Assembly: GCF_963921235.1 (NCBI RefSeq)
Contig: NC_086097.1
Span: 112,780,001 to 112,844,000 of the forward strand
Length of the DNA stretch: 64,000 bases
From: Mobula hypostoma
Taxonomy: Eukaryota
Direction of reading: 5' to 3'
Made by a program: the position numbers and the translations under genes. Every line of letters starts with the position of its first letter. Positions within the stretch are counted from its first letter, which is position 1. The notes below the pieces were generated by a model, which saw only the letters and a list, made by a program, of their open reading frames with translations, was not told the origin of the DNA and made no database searches. Positions 39,976 through 53,084 of the stretch are shown here, piece after piece.

Positions 39976-40390
39976 AGAGGATGCACCTGCATATGAAAAT
40001 GAAAATCAAGCATCAGAATACTCAGGCCCTTCTGTGTCTCAGAGGTCTACAACTTCTCACTGTTCTGATAAAATCTTCTCTTTTAATTTTTCCTGCTATG
40101 TGGAAAGTACAGATTTCCCTGCATTATCCTTCATTTGACAGATATTTGTCAATTCATTTAACTTATTGCCTTTCCTTTGTAGCCTCCTCATGCCCTCTGC
40201 ATAGCATACTTCGCTACTTTGCTGGAAGCAAATTTAGCAACCAGGCCTACGGTGCATTCATTCAGATCATATGCCTATATTATAAGAAGTTGAGGCTTCA
40301 GCTCTAAACCTAGTGGCACACCACCTATTGAAAAAAGGTCTACTCAAGCCTTCCACTTTACTGCTAGCCATCCAAACTGGTATCCATATC

Positions 40391-40964
40391 TCCCAGTGGC
40401 CACACATATTAATTCCACATCCCATTCCCATTCTGATATGTCTATCCACGGCCTCCTCTACTGTAAAGGTGAAGCCACACTCAGGTTGGAGGAACAACAC
40501 CTTATATTCTGTCTGGGTAGCCTCCAACCTGATGGCATGAACACTGACTTCTCTAACTTCCGCTAATGCCCCACCTCCCCCTCGTACTCCATCCGTTACT
40601 TATTTATATACACACATTCTTTCTCTCTCTCTCCTTTTTCTCCCTCTGTCCCTCTCACTATACCCCTTGCCCATCCTCTGGGTTTTTCCCCCCCTCCCCC
40701 TTTTCTTTCTCCCTGGGCCTCCTGTCCCATGATCCTCTCATATCCCTTTTGCCAATCAACTGTCCAGCTCTTGACTCCATCCATCACCCTCCTGTCTTCT
40801 CCTATCATTTTGGATCTCCCCCTCCCCCTCCCACTTTCTAATCCCTTACTAGCTCTTTTTTCAGTTAGTGCTGATGAAGGGTCTTGGTCCGAAACGTCGA
40901 CTGTAGCTCTTCCTAGAGATGCTGCCTGGCCTGCTGCATTCACCAGCAACTTTGATGTGTGTTG
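40391..40964 (+). mobile_element. 5'-truncated Penelope-like element with a 14-bp flanking duplication
   Basis: Encodes ATLRLEEQHLIFCLGSLQPDGMNTDFSNF. ctggtatccatatc occurs at 40377-40390 and 40965-40978. Confidence 0.85.
40865..40903 (+). ncRNA. Minimal type I hammerhead ribozyme motif (best-preserved copy)
   Basis: TTAGTG-CTGATGA-A-GGGTCTTGGTCC-GAAA-CGTC-GACTG. Both core boxes, a stem II hairpin, a palindromic ACGT stem III and a GUC cleavage triplet are present. Stem I has one mismatch at the closing pair. Confidence 0.6.
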
Positions 40965-40978
40965 CTGGTATCCATATC

Positions 40979-41880
40979 AACAAGTTACCTCCTCCACCAC
41001 GAGATATATTTTTCCAAATGGCCTTTGATGTGGCATCTTATCAAATGTGTTCTAGAAACCTTAGAATATCCGAAGGTTCCATTTTATTCACTGCATATTA
41101 TTTCCTCAAAGAACTCCAGCAGATTAATGAGACATCATCTTCCTTTTAAAAAACACACTGACTTTCCTAAATACCCTATGTTTTTTTTCACAGAGTACTC
41201 TGTCATAAAGTCTTCATCATACTTGCTATCATTTTCCTTATTACAGATGGCAAGTAACCACCCTGCATTACGCTTCCTTCTTTTCTGAAATGAAGTTATA
41301 TTTTCCATTTTCCAATCTGGCAAGAAGCTTCTCCAAATTGAGGGATTCTTGACAATTAAAACCAACACATCAACATCAATAGCTATTTCTTTAAAGGTTC
41401 TAAGATGAAGCCAATCAGTCCTCAAAAACATGTCATCGCAGTGCTTCAGCAATCTGCTCAGCCCTCTCTTTCCTGGAGATTGTAACTTTTCTGCATTTCT
41501 CACTCCCTTCCCATTCTCAATGTACAGTACATATTTTTTCCCAGGTATGTCATTCATATTTACTGTAATGAAGGATAATGTAAAATACTTCATTAATTCA
41601 GCTGCCATCTTATTATTATCCTATACACTCTTTTCACAGGACAATATTATTTTTCTATGCTCACTCTGTTAACTCTACATTTTAAATACCCATTGAAATT
41701 GAATACAAGTTTTATCTCATAATCTGGTCTTTCCTTCCTTATTAATCTTCAAGTCAACTGCTGTTGTCTTTATCTTCTTTCCAATTTTCTGACTTGCAGG
41801 TCATCCTTGAGCAATTAAAAATGCCTTTTTCTTTAACTTTGATTCTACCTTTAACATTTTGTTTTAGCCGTCACTGATGA
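40979..41880 (-). mobile_element. Old CR1 LINE fragment (host of the 40391 insertion)
   Basis: ORF 41135..41608 has LPDWKMENIT / LHLRTFKEIA, a CR1 ORF2 remnant. Confidence 0.55.
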
Positions 41881-41899
41881 TGGACTGTTTATTTGGAAT

Positions 41900-42115
41900 T
41901 ACAAACACGTGGAAATTTGAAGATGCTGCAATTCCAGAGCAACACACGCAAAATGCAGGAGGAACTCAGCAGGCCTGGCAGCATCTATGAAAAAGAGCAA
42001 ATAGTCGATGTTTTGGGCCGAGTCCTGATGAAGAGTCTCAGCTTGAACTGTTGACTGTTTACTGTTTTCCTTGATGTTGCCTAGCCTGCTGAGTTCCTCC
42101 AGCATTTTGTGTTTC
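41900..42115. mobile_element. Fold-back element of two inverted Penelope-like termini
   Basis: caaaatgcaggaggaactcagcaggc pairs with gcctgctgagttcctccagcattttg, with a central agtcctgatgaag. Confidence 0.7.
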
Positions 42116-42209
42116 TTTGGAATTAATTTTTTTCTCATTGCTATACAAACCGTGTATTCTGAAAGATCTCCTAAAGCATCTGCCTCTCCTTTAACCTCTG
42201 CTCACTCTG

Positions 42210-42812
42210 CTTTCAAGATTCAAGATTGTTTAATGTCATTTCCAGTACAAAAGTGTCAAGTAAAACAAAATAATTGTTACTCCGGATCAGATGCAGCACA
42301 AAACAAACACGTGCACACGCACAATAAATATAAACACATGAGATAACTTATATATGGAGATTGATTGCATGTCCATAGAGTGACACTAGGCACAGGAGTG
42401 TCTGTACAGGAAATGATAACGTACTGGTGGTGGGTGGAGTGGAGGTGTTGATCAGCCTTACTGCTTGGAGAAATTAACTGGTTTTGAGTCTGATGGTGCT
42501 GGTGTGGATGCAACAGAGCCTCCTTTCTGATGGGAGTGAGACAAACGCTCCATGAGCAGGGTGGGTGGTATCCTTCTTGCTGTTGCTGGCCTTTTTCTGT
42601 ATATCCTTGGTGATAGGTAGGCTGGTGCCAGGCAGCTTTGACTACCCATTGGAGAGGCTTCCTGCCCGCTGCAGTGTAGTGACCGTATCAAGCTATGACA
42701 CAGCATGTTAGGGTGCTCCCTACTGCACATCTGTAGGAGGATGTGAGTATGGATGTGCATAGTCCAGCTCTCTTCAGCCTCCTCAGAAAGTAGAGGTGTT
42801 GGTGAGCTTTCA
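42210..42812 (-). mobile_element. Rex1/Babar-type LINE 3' fragment
   Basis: The minus strand shows FYRCAVGSTLTC...IPTHPAHG..LPSERRL motifs and a (TTGAA)-like tail. Confidence 0.6.
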
Positions 42813-42874
42813 TATTTTAAGTGTAAAGCATTAACCTTTCACCCATTCTTCTCTCTTTCAAACTGAATCCAGAA

Positions 42875-43700
42875 TATGATGGAGGTCTATAAGATCATGA
42901 GAGGCATAGATACCGCCAACAGACAGTATCTTTCTTCTAGGGTTGAAATGTCTAATACTAGAGGGCATGCATTTAAGGTGAGAGGGGGCAATTTTAAAGG
43001 AGATGTGGGGAACAAGTTTTTTTTTACACAGAGAGTAGTGGGTGCCTGGAATGGGTGCCCATGGTGGTGGTAGAAGCAGATACATCAGGCACTTTTGAGA
43101 ACCATTTAGATAGGCACATGAATGTAAGGAAAATGGAAGGGTATGGACATTGTGTAGGCAGGAGAGATTAGTTCAGTTGGTCATTTCAAAGTTCAAAGTA
43201 AATTTTATTATCAAAGTACATATATGTCACCATATATAATCCTGAGATCCAAGTCCCTGTGGGCATACTTAGCAAATGATAACTATAACAGGATCAATGA
43301 AAGATCAACCAGAATGCAGAAGATAAGAAACTGGCCAATGAAAATATAATCAAATAGTAATAAATAACAACAACATGAGATAAATAGTTCTTAAAGCAAG
43401 ATCATTGGTTGTGCCAGTATTTCAATAATAGGGTAAGTGAATACAGTATAGTTATCCCCTTTTGTTCAGGAGCCTGATGGCTGTGGGGTAGTAACTGTTC
43501 TTGAACCTGGTGGTGTGAGTCCTGAAGCTCTTGTATCTTCTACCTGATGGCAGCAGTGAGAAAAGAGCACGGCCTGGGTTGTGAGGATCTCTGAGGATGG
43601 ATGCTGCTTTTGATTCATTTGATTGCTAATTGAAATGTTTGAAATGCACAACACTGTAGGCTGAAGGACCTGTTCCTGTGTTGTGCTGTTCTCTGTTCTA
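42875..43700 (+). mobile_element. CR1 3' fragment interrupted by a minus-strand Rex-type 3' end (~43186-43612)
   Basis: ORF 42876..43073 (EVYKIMRGID...TRGHAFKVRGG...FFTQRVVGAWN). The CR1 tail resumes at ~43615-43700. Confidence 0.7.
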
Positions 43701-44359
43701 ACTCAGTCATATTACGATCACTACTCCTTGCAGCAACTTCATGACGCAGTTATTAATTAATGTGATCTTGCTGCACCATACAGGCCTGAAATAAACTAAA
43801 AGCGGAAAATACTGGAACAGCTCAGCGCCTTTGGATACAGAAATAATCAGTGCTTTGAGCCTACAATCCTTTGTGAGAACAGAGACTATCTGACCTGCTG
43901 ATCACTTCCAGTATTTTCTCTTATGTTTCAGAATTCCGGTCAATGAAGGCATGTGTGTGCATGTGTTGTTTTCTTTTGATTTTCATAGCCTGCTTTCTCT
44001 TTGGTTCCAAAACCAAGAAGTTATCCCAAAGACAATAGGGTCCTTTAAGAGACTCCTGGATGGATACATGGAGCTTAGAAAAATAGAGGGCTATGGGTAA
44101 GCCTAGGTAGTTCTAAGGTAGGGACATGTTCAGCACAGCTTTGTGGGCCGAAGGGTCTGTATTGTGCTGTAGGTTTTCTATGTTTCTTTGTTTCTAACTC
44201 TTCAGCTAATTCCCTTTGCCCACCAGTTTCCTTCTCTCCTTATGCAAATTAAAATCACCCATGATATTTGCTGTACTTCCCTGACAAGCTCCATAATTTT
44301 TCTTTAATATTCTATTCTACTCTGGTGTTACAGTTTGAGGGCTTGTACCTCACTCCCAT

Positions 44360-44945
44360 AAGATGCATCTTGCCCTGATGATTTGCTCCATCTGCCATAT
44401 AAGGCAGATTTTCCAAGTGGCCACCCACTTCAATTTGACTTCCCATTCCGACATTCCGACATGTCAGTCCATGGCCTCTTCTACAGCTGCGATGAGGCCA
44501 CTCTCAGGTTGGAGGAGAGACACCTCAAATCCCATTCGGTTAGCCTCCAACCATATGGCATGAACAACAATTCCTCTAACCTGGTAATTTCTTCCTGCTC
44601 CCCTTTGTCTCTTTTTCCATTCCCAATTTGGTTTCCTCTGCTCCATCTCTCCTGTCCATCATCTGGTGCTCTTCCTCCTTCCCTTCCTCCCAGGTTCCAT
44701 TTCCCTCTTCTATCAGATTCCTTCTTTTTCAGCCTCTTACCTCTTACACCTATCACCTCCCAGCTTCTTACTTCATTCCCCCACCCTCACCTGGTCTCAC
44801 CAACACCTGACATCTTGTACTCCTTCCTTCTCCATGGCTTCTTCCACCTTCCTTTTCAATCCTGATGAAGTGTCTTGGCCTGAAACATCGACTGGGTATT
44901 CCTCTCCATTAATGCTACCTAACCTGCTGACGTACTCCAGCACAT
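44360..44945 (+). mobile_element. Penelope-like element 3' fragment
   Basis: DEATLRLEERHL..SLQPYGMN motif, with a hammerhead-like motif at 44857-44894. Confidence 0.75.
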
Positions 44946-45854
44946 TATCTCCATTCAAACTGCTTCTACATGATTGGTTACTGAACGCATCCCTCTCTGT
45001 GTCTCTAAAACAATCATTCAGTAACAGAGGCACTTAATGCAAAGCTCAAACTCATCCCTAATTTCTTCACTTAAATATGTAAGAGGAAGATACTGTAAAT
45101 AAACCTCACCATCCTGCAATCCTTCCCTCACCCCCATCTCCCCACCCACAACCATGTTGCCTCACCACAGTGACATATACTTCGGCTGGTAGGGGTGCGA
45201 TAAGGGTTGCAGGGGAGAGCTAAAGTGGTTGCACGTTTGTTCAAAGTGAATGCAAGCCCTTGACGATAAGATACAGGTACAGATGAAGGTTCTACGTGCA
45301 CAGGAGAGAAGATGCAACAGGTCAACCATATTAGGAGCTTGCAGAAGACCATAGCAATCTTCTCCATGAGTGGCAGTCCCGAGATGATGGCGTAATGGGC
45401 AAAAAATGTTGTGTCTTCACAGGGTATGTCAAGATGCCTTGTGAATCACTGTTTGCACCAGCGGAATGGTGATCCCTGCATAAAATGAGCTCTTTAAACA
45501 AGTTGCTTCTCATTAGTTTGCAACATTGTGTGGTGGCATCTCCACATCTGCTTGGCTAAGAACTGGTTGCTGCAACATTTTGCATTTGATCACCAGAGTA
45601 AGTGACACTGTGCAGCTATAAGAAAGCTGGCTATATATAAGAAAAACACATTTCTGTTCCAGGAGTCTCAGAATAGAATACAATCATGATTATGTTGGAA
45701 CTTTCAGAAGTAATGTAATCCCCATTGCTTTTTCAACACCAGTGAAATCCAGTTCAAACAACTGCCAGGCTGATCTGGCTTTATTTGGCATTTACGGAAT
45801 TCACTCTCCCTGAATTCACACTCAAAGGTCATAAATCACCAGGAAAAGTATTTG

Positions 45855-46340
45855 AACACAAGAGATTCTGCTGATGCTGGAAATCCAGAGCAACATACGC
45901 ACACGGTGCTGGAGGAAGTCAGCAGGTCAGGTAACAGCAGGGGCAGCACAGTAACGTATTAGTTACAGGTGACCTGGGTTCAATTTCAGCCGCTGCCTGT
46001 AAAGAGTTTGTATGTTTTTCCCGTAACACTGTGGGTTTCCTCCAGGTTCTCCGGTTTCCTCCCATATTCCAAGAATGTACCGGTTGATAGGTTAATTGAT
46101 CATTGTAAATTGTCCCGAGATTAGGCTAGGATTAAATCAGGGGATTGCTGGGTGGTGCAGCTTGAAGGGACAGAAGGGCCTATTCTGAGCTGAATCTCAA
46201 TAAATAAATTAATGAATAAATAAACCAACATCTATGGAGGGAATAAATATTCAACATTACAGATCAGGGCCTTACATCAGGACTGCTGAAGGATCTCGGC
46301 CCAAAACGTTTACTGATTATTCCCCTCCATGGATGTTACC
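45855..46340. mobile_element. Fold-back Penelope-terminal element with a V-SINE (~45940-46222, +) inserted
   Basis: The terminal motif at 45855-45935 resumes at ~46225. Inverted catctatggagggaataa/ttattcccctccatggatg arms. V-SINE core gtgggtttcctccaggttctccggtttcctcccata. Confidence 0.65.
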
Positions 46341-46884
46341 AAGAAAAATAATCACTTCCTATTATCACTAGTTTGAAGAGTTCTTGCAGCCAGTCTTAGT
46401 GAGAATTTACAAAAAGAGAGAAATGAATATAAAACATCTGGTGAATCTGGCTGCTGATAGATAAAATTATATTAGCAACAGCCTTACAGTTTAATCTTGG
46501 ATTGTACTACTAAATGGAAAAGGACAAATGCACCGGATTAAAGAATGTTTTTCAATATACATCCACTTTCAAATGAATAAAAAAAGCTGCAACATTTAGT
46601 AAATAGATTTTACTTAAGAACATTTATTATGCCCATCCTTGCAACCAAGAAGCTCATCAAAAGAACTTTTAAAGTTGCTATTTGATCCATACAGAAATAC
46701 ATCAAATATACAGCAGCAGAACAGATTATTTGACCTTTCTAGTCTCTTATTTCATTTATCTCAACATATTTTTGTATGTCTTTCTATTAGTGTTATTTTC
46801 AGGTACTTGTCATTGTCCTTTTGAAAGTAAATGTTTATTTCAACAACCTCTTCTGGTATCTTGTTACATAATCTAACTCCATAC

Positions 46885-47432
46885 ACACTTTTCAATTCTA
46901 CATCCCATTCCCATTTTAACATGTCAGTCCATGGCCTCCTCTTCTGCTGTGATGAGGCCACAGTGAGATTGGAAGAACAACACCTTATATTCTATCTGGA
47001 TAGCCTCCAACCTGATGGCAAGTTCAAGAAACTTCTGGTAATCGCCCCCCTTCGCCATTTCCCATTCCTGTTTTCCTCTATCTTTCCTTATCTCCTTACC
47101 TGCCCATCACCTCCATCTGCTGACCCTCCTTCTTCGCTTTCTTCCATAGTCCTTTATCCTCTCCTGTCGGATTCCCCTTTCTCCAGCCCTGCATCTGTTT
47201 CAACAATCAACTTCCCAGCTCTTCACTTCACTCCTCCCACTTGCCCAGTTTCACGTGTTTATCACCTACTACCTTGTCCTTCTTCCTCCGCACCCTCTCC
47301 ACTTTCTTACTCTGACTTCTCATCTCTTTTACCAGTCCTGATGAAGGGACTCAGTCTGAAACATTGACTGTTTACTCTTTTCTACAGATGCTACCTGGCC
47401 TGTTGAGTTCCTGCAACATTGTGTGTGTGCAG
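46885..47432 (+). mobile_element. Penelope-like element 3' fragment
   Basis: ORF 46831..47367 reads HFNMSVHGLLFCCDEATVRLEEQHLIFYLDSLQPDG. Decayed hammerhead at 47333-47370. Confidence 0.8.
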
Positions 47433-47708
47433 CTCCATACACACTTAATTCCTGATTAGATCTATTACAAATCATTTTGTAATCCTGCATCTTCAGATTG
47501 TCCATAGATAGATTCTTCCACCTTTTCCAAATCATTCAGAACTTTAAAGATTTTTGTTCTGCCCATCCACCGCTCTTGACATTTCCAAACAAATCAAGGA
47601 CCGATCTGTTTGATCTTTTGCAATGAGTTGGATGCTTCAGTTCCGGTACTAGTTTTATAAACTTCTCTGCAGTTTTTCTTCAGAACAACTACATCCTTCT
47701 CATCTAAT

Positions 47709-48515
47709 CAGTGCTTATAAAAATCATTCACCCCTGCCTTGGACATTTCCGTATTTTGTAGGTTTTCAATTGGATTGAGGTCTGGACTCTGACTTGGCCA
47801 CTCCAGGATTTTAACTTTGTTGTTTTTAAACCATTCATGAGTAGCTTTGGTTTCATGCTTGGGATCATTGTCTTACTGGGAAACAAATTTTCTCCTAATT
47901 CACAGTTCTCTTGCAGACAGCATCAGGTTTTCCTCCAGGATTTCCCTGTATTTTGCTGCATTCATTCTACCCTCTACCTTCACAAGCCTTCCAGGGCCTG
48001 CTGCAGTGAAGCACCCCCACAGCATGATGCAGCCACCACCATGCTTTATAGTAGCGATGGTCTGTTTTTGTTGATGTGTGGTGTTTGGCTTATGACAAAA
48101 ATAGCGTTTAGTTTGATGGCCAAAAAGCACAACTTTGGGTTCATCAGAGCATAGAACCTTCTTCCAGTTGACTTCAGAGTCTCCCGCATGCCTGCTGGCA
48201 AATTCAAGCCCAGATTTCATGTAAGATTTTTTTCAACAGTGGCTTTCTCTTTGCCACTCTCCCGTAAAGCTGCGACTGGTGAAACACCCAAGCAACAATT
48301 GTATACGCAGTCTCTGCCATCTCAGCCACTAAAGCTTGTAACTCCTTCAGAGTTGTTGAGTTGTCATAGGTGTCTTGGTGGCCTCCCACACTAAAGCTGT
48401 GCCATATTCTTTCCATTTCTTGATGATTGACTTAACTGTAGTCCGAAGGATATTCAGTGACTTGGAAATTTTTTTTGTTTCCATCTCCTGACTTGTGTTT
48501 TTCAATATCTTTTGT
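47709..48515 (-). mobile_element. Tc1-family DNA transposon remnant (transposase pseudogene)
   Basis: ORF 47900..48220 reads WKKVLCSDE.K..LFG...TIKHGGGCIMLWGCF...GRLVKVEGRMNAAKYREILEENL. Tc1-type end cagtgcttataaaaatcattcacccc at 47709. Confidence 0.85.
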
Positions 48516-48634
48516 ACAGGCACTTTACGTACTTGATTTAGGATCCAGTATGTTTAATAAAATTTCACAGGATTTGAATTCTATTGCATAGCATTTCAAT
48601 TGTGGAACACTCTAATTCTCAGCAAACCGAAGAG

Positions 48635-49295
48635 CAGATCATTGTTTCCAGCAACACTTCATCTGCCAATCTGCTGGGGTTGTCTATTATCCTGGTGACA
48701 CGCAACTCAGCCTCCTCTACATTGGTCAGACCCGTCGTAAATCGGGGACCGCTTCATCAAGAACCTCCACACTATTTGCCAAAAGCGGAACTTCCAACCA
48801 GCCAAACATTTTAATTCCCATTCCAACATGCTGGTCCATGGCCTCCTCTTGTGCCAAAATGAGGCTACCCTCAGGGTGGAGGAACAACATCTTATATTCC
48901 GTCTGGGTAGCCTCCAACCTGATGGCATGAATATTGATTTCTCCTTCTGTTAAAAAACTTCCCTCCTCCTCCCTTCTTCCCCTATTCCCCACTCTGACCA
49001 TTTACCTCTTCTCACCTGCTTATTACCTTCCCCTGGGTCCCCACCTCCTCCTTCTTCTCCTATGGCCCACTCTGCTCTCCTATCAGATTCCTTCTTCTCC
49101 AGCTCTTTACCTTTCCCACCTACCTGGTGTCACCTATCACTTCCAGCTATCCTCCATCCCCTCTCCCCAACATTTTTATTCTGATGTCTTCTCCCTTCCT
49201 TTCCAGTCCTGAAGAAGGGTCTCAGTCCAAAACATCGACTGTTTATTCATTTCCATAGATGCTTGACCTTCTAAGCTCCGCCAACATTTTGTGCA
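48635..49295 (+). mobile_element. Penelope-like element GIY-YIG + terminal fragment
   Basis: LYIGQTRRKSGDRF (YIG motif) and RVEEQHLIFRLGSLQPDGMNIDF. Decayed hammerhead at 49203-49241. Confidence 0.82.
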
Positions 49296-49889
49296 TGACA
49301 ATGTAACTAAATGTATTTCCAAATTGAATAGCACCACTTCAGATATCCGACCTGGAACTTCCCATCACAAATTGTGCAGTTGAGGCATATTCCATTTCAG
49401 GAGTGAGCATAATGATAACTTTCCTGGTGCGCGGCTCATTTACAGCATTACTGGGAGAAATTAGGTCGTGCTGATTCAAGCCACATTTATCATTAGTAAC
49501 ACACAAATAACCAGGTTTTCACAGAGTTCACTGCTTACCCTGCAGCTGCACTGTTTAAAGGGGTCTCCCAGAGCGAATCCCAGTATTGTGCTGGGATCTG
49601 ACGTGATTTATTTATCATATCTCCTTTGGGCTACCTTACAGGCAACTCATCTCCTCACCAAAGCCTATGAACCTCCACCCATGTCCTACATCACCCAACA
49701 CCCCCACATTGTTCATCCACTGAGTAACCAGCCCTAACCACAGACTGCAGTGCCATCATTTCACTGCTAGCTCAATGATAGTCAATTGTATTCCCTTTGA
49801 TATTTTAATATTCTAACCAGAGTCCACCAATACTAATTACTGGCAGCCAGCACTCACCCTACGACACAATCGATCCATGACCCATCATC

Positions 49890-50342
49890 AGCAAGCTCCC
49901 CCCCCCCATCCCGCTGGGTCTCATCACTTCGTTCCACTCCTCTTACCATTCCTCCCTTGGCCTACTGCCCTCTCCTATCAGATTCCTTCTTCCTCAGCCC
50001 TTTACCTCTTCCACCTATCTGCTCCCAGCTGCTCACTTCTTCTCCCTTGCCCCACCCATCCACCATCCCAATCACATGGCTTCACCTATCATCTGCCAGC
50101 TTTCACTCCTTCCCCTCCGCCCATCTTCTTATTTTGGCTCCTCCTCCCTTCATTTCCAGTCTTGATGAAGGGTCTCAGTCTGAGCCGTAGACTGCTCATT
50201 CCCCTCCATTGATACAAGAAAATCTGCAGATGCTGGAAATCCAAAGCAACACACACAAAAAGCTGGGAGAACTCAGCAGGCTAGGCAGCGTCTATGGAAA
50301 AGAGTAAACAGTCGACATTTTGGGCTGAGACTTGATGAAGGT
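49890..50342. mobile_element. Two adjacent Penelope-like terminal fragments in opposite orientation
   Basis: A + copy ends at ~50210 (cagtcttgatgaagggtctcag), and a - copy spans 50213-50340. Confidence 0.6.
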
Positions 50343-50629
50343 CATCTATGCCAGAGACATAATGAATACCCTCTTCCCTCTCCACTTCTCAGTCAGCATC
50401 CCCCTCTTTCTCATGTCTTGATGGTGGGCTTGTGAACCTGCAATAATAAACGAAAGAAGAATAGCATAGCTCTGCTGTGTTCTTCGATCTTCTTGAGAAA
50501 GTGGGTAGCAGATGCAAGATTTATGTAGACAGAGGGGCTAACTCAATGAGTGAGGACTTATTGAAGAAGGTTAATAATGGAATTTGCCTTACTGTGACGA
50601 TGGTTGCTTCAATTCTCAAAGAACTCATA

Positions 50630-51015
50630 TTTACTGTGATGAATCATTTTGAGAGGTTGGTCATGGCTACAATTAATTCCTGTCTGAGTAAGGACCTGGA
50701 TGCACTGCAATTTGCCTACTCCCATAATAGGCCTATGGTAGACAAATTCTCATTGGCTCTCCATTCAGATTTGTAATACCTAGACCACGGCAAAATACAT
50801 GTCAGGCTGCTGTTTATCAATAACAGCTTGGCATCCACTCAGTCTAATTTAGCAAGCTTCGAAACCTTGGCCTCTGTACCTCCAACTGCAACTGGATCCT
50901 TGACTTCCTCATCAGGAGACCACAGTCAGTGTGGATAAGTGATAACATATCCTCACTGACACTTAAATCAGCCACAGTGAAAGAATGCGAGCTTAGCCCA
51001 CTTCTTTTCTCTCTC

Positions 51016-51059
<44 letters not shown>

Positions 51060-51575
51060 GTCATGACTGTGTGGCTAAGTATATATTTCCTGATGGCACC
51101 AGAGTTGTTGGCAAAAGCTCAGATGGCAACGAGGATGTGTACAGGAGTGAGACTGAATAGTTGAGTGGTGTCACAACAACAACCTTGCAATCAGCATCAG
51201 CAAGACCAAGAAATTGATTATGGACCTCAGGAAGGGGAGGCTAAGAGAATACACACTGGCACACCGGTCTTCATTGGGGGATCAGCATTGGAAAGGGCGG
51301 GCAGCTTCAAGTTTCTAGGCGTCAGCATCACAGAGGATCTACATTGGGCCCAACATATTGATGCAATGATAAAGATGCTAAGTCATTTGGAGTTTGAGGG
51401 GATTTGGTATTTCATCAAAGACTTATACAGATTTCTATAGATGTATGGTGGAAAGCCTTCTGAGTGGTTGCAACACTGCCTGGTATGGAGACTGCAATAC
51501 ATAGGAATGCAAGAGGCTGCAGAGGGTTGTAGACACAACCAGCTCCATCATGGACACAACCCTCCCCATAAATCT
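50630..51575 (+). mobile_element. Rex1/Babar-type LINE RT fragment containing a (CT)n tract at ~51009-51057
   Basis: VMNHFERLV...[26 protein letters not shown] and FKFLGVSITEDLHW motifs. Confidence 0.78.
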
Positions 51576-52394
51576 GGACAAAATTCTTAAGGCTATGGCT
51601 GTAAATCCAAAAATCAGTAGCCACTTGACAGAAGACCACTGGAACATCTGATAACTAGACCAGGTGTTAAATATTTCAGGCATTAACCCTTTGATCACCT
51701 TTGGAAGTTTAAAGTTACCATACACTCCAAACATAGCCATCCTCATAACCAGAACAGAGCAATGCCAAAAGTCCAAGTGAACACATCCTGGGTTTTCAGT
51801 TAGGTGAAATACATCTGATCATCTTTGGCCATGATGGCAAAGACACTTGCTCTTGGCACGCAACCTGGGAATTTGCCCTGACCTTGGAAAATTTGTTGAT
51901 AATAGAGGGTGATGTTCCTGGCAGGTATACGGCTGCACTTGTGAAAATGCCTCCAGTGGGTCTACTTGTAGTTTATAAAGTGGTAAGCTTTTCAAATAAA
52001 CAAGTAAAAAGATGACGTTTTACTTATTATGGTTACTTTAAAAATATGCTTGTCAGGACATTAATTTGGCCAACAGCAGCATATGTTTTCTTGGTATTGG
52101 AAGAGGTAAGGATTATTTTCCTTTGTTCTGGTGTATCTTTTCCTGATTGCTGTGTTAAGGCTGCAGTCAGTATGCAAGACCTGATGACTTATTTAGTGAT
52201 GATGAAAGAATAACGGTCTTATGTATCTTTCTGGGTTTACGTCATTTTACAACTGAGGGGACATCTGAGAGCTAATCTCTGAAGTAGAGTTTCATATGAT
52301 CCGATGCTCAAAATGTAAATGTATCTGTTCTTCTGATGTAGTTTATGCAATGCTGAAGTACGAGTTTTTTAACCCCTTTCATATCTCACTAGAT

Positions 52395-52478
52395 CAGAGG
52401 TTCCCAACCTCTTGTGGTCCACAGACCCCCTTGGTTAATGGTAGAGGTTCACGGCATAAAAATGGTTGGGAACCCCTG
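52395..52478. mobile_element. 84-bp hAT/Charlie-type MITE
   Basis: Terminal inverted repeats CAGAGGTTCCCAACC / GGTTGGGAACCCCTG. 8-bp flanks cactagat / ctctagat (7 of 8 match; NTCTAGAN-type target). Confidence 0.82.
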
Positions 52479-53084
52479 CTCTAGATCAAATCTGAGCTGC
52501 GGTCAACATGCTTCAACCTATACAGGTAAATAAACGGCCAGTGGAATTCAATGGGTCAAGCAGCATCGGCAGAAGTAAAAGGATGTCCAGCTTTAGGGTT
52601 GAGACCCGAAGCATCAATCATCCCTTTGCTTCCACCGATGTTACTTGACATGTTGAGTTTCTCCAGCAGTTTGGTTTCTTGTTCCCAATTCCAGCATCTG
52701 CAGTTTCTTGTGTCCCCATTCTTTAATTTATGGAGATTTTCAGGGAAATTACCCAAGACAATTTCTAATCAACCCTTTTCATTGTATTGTGCAAAAAAGC
52801 GCCCAGCAATTGAATGTCAACTTTTGTTTTGGTAGGCGCAGCATGTGCTGTATATAGCACCTGTACCCAATGGACCCCTCTAAAAGCAAACATCCTGAAA
52901 TTGGCCAAAATAAAATTTAAAATAAAAAATATCAGTTCACAATCAGAAATAGATTCAAGTGAATGATCTTCATAGCTCCTGATAGACCAGGCTCAACTGA
53001 ATATTGCGCCAACAATTTGTTGCGTGTCTAAGTGACACTTAGTTCTTAAAGGCACAATTCCAAAAGAAGTAAGTGCCTCTGGAC

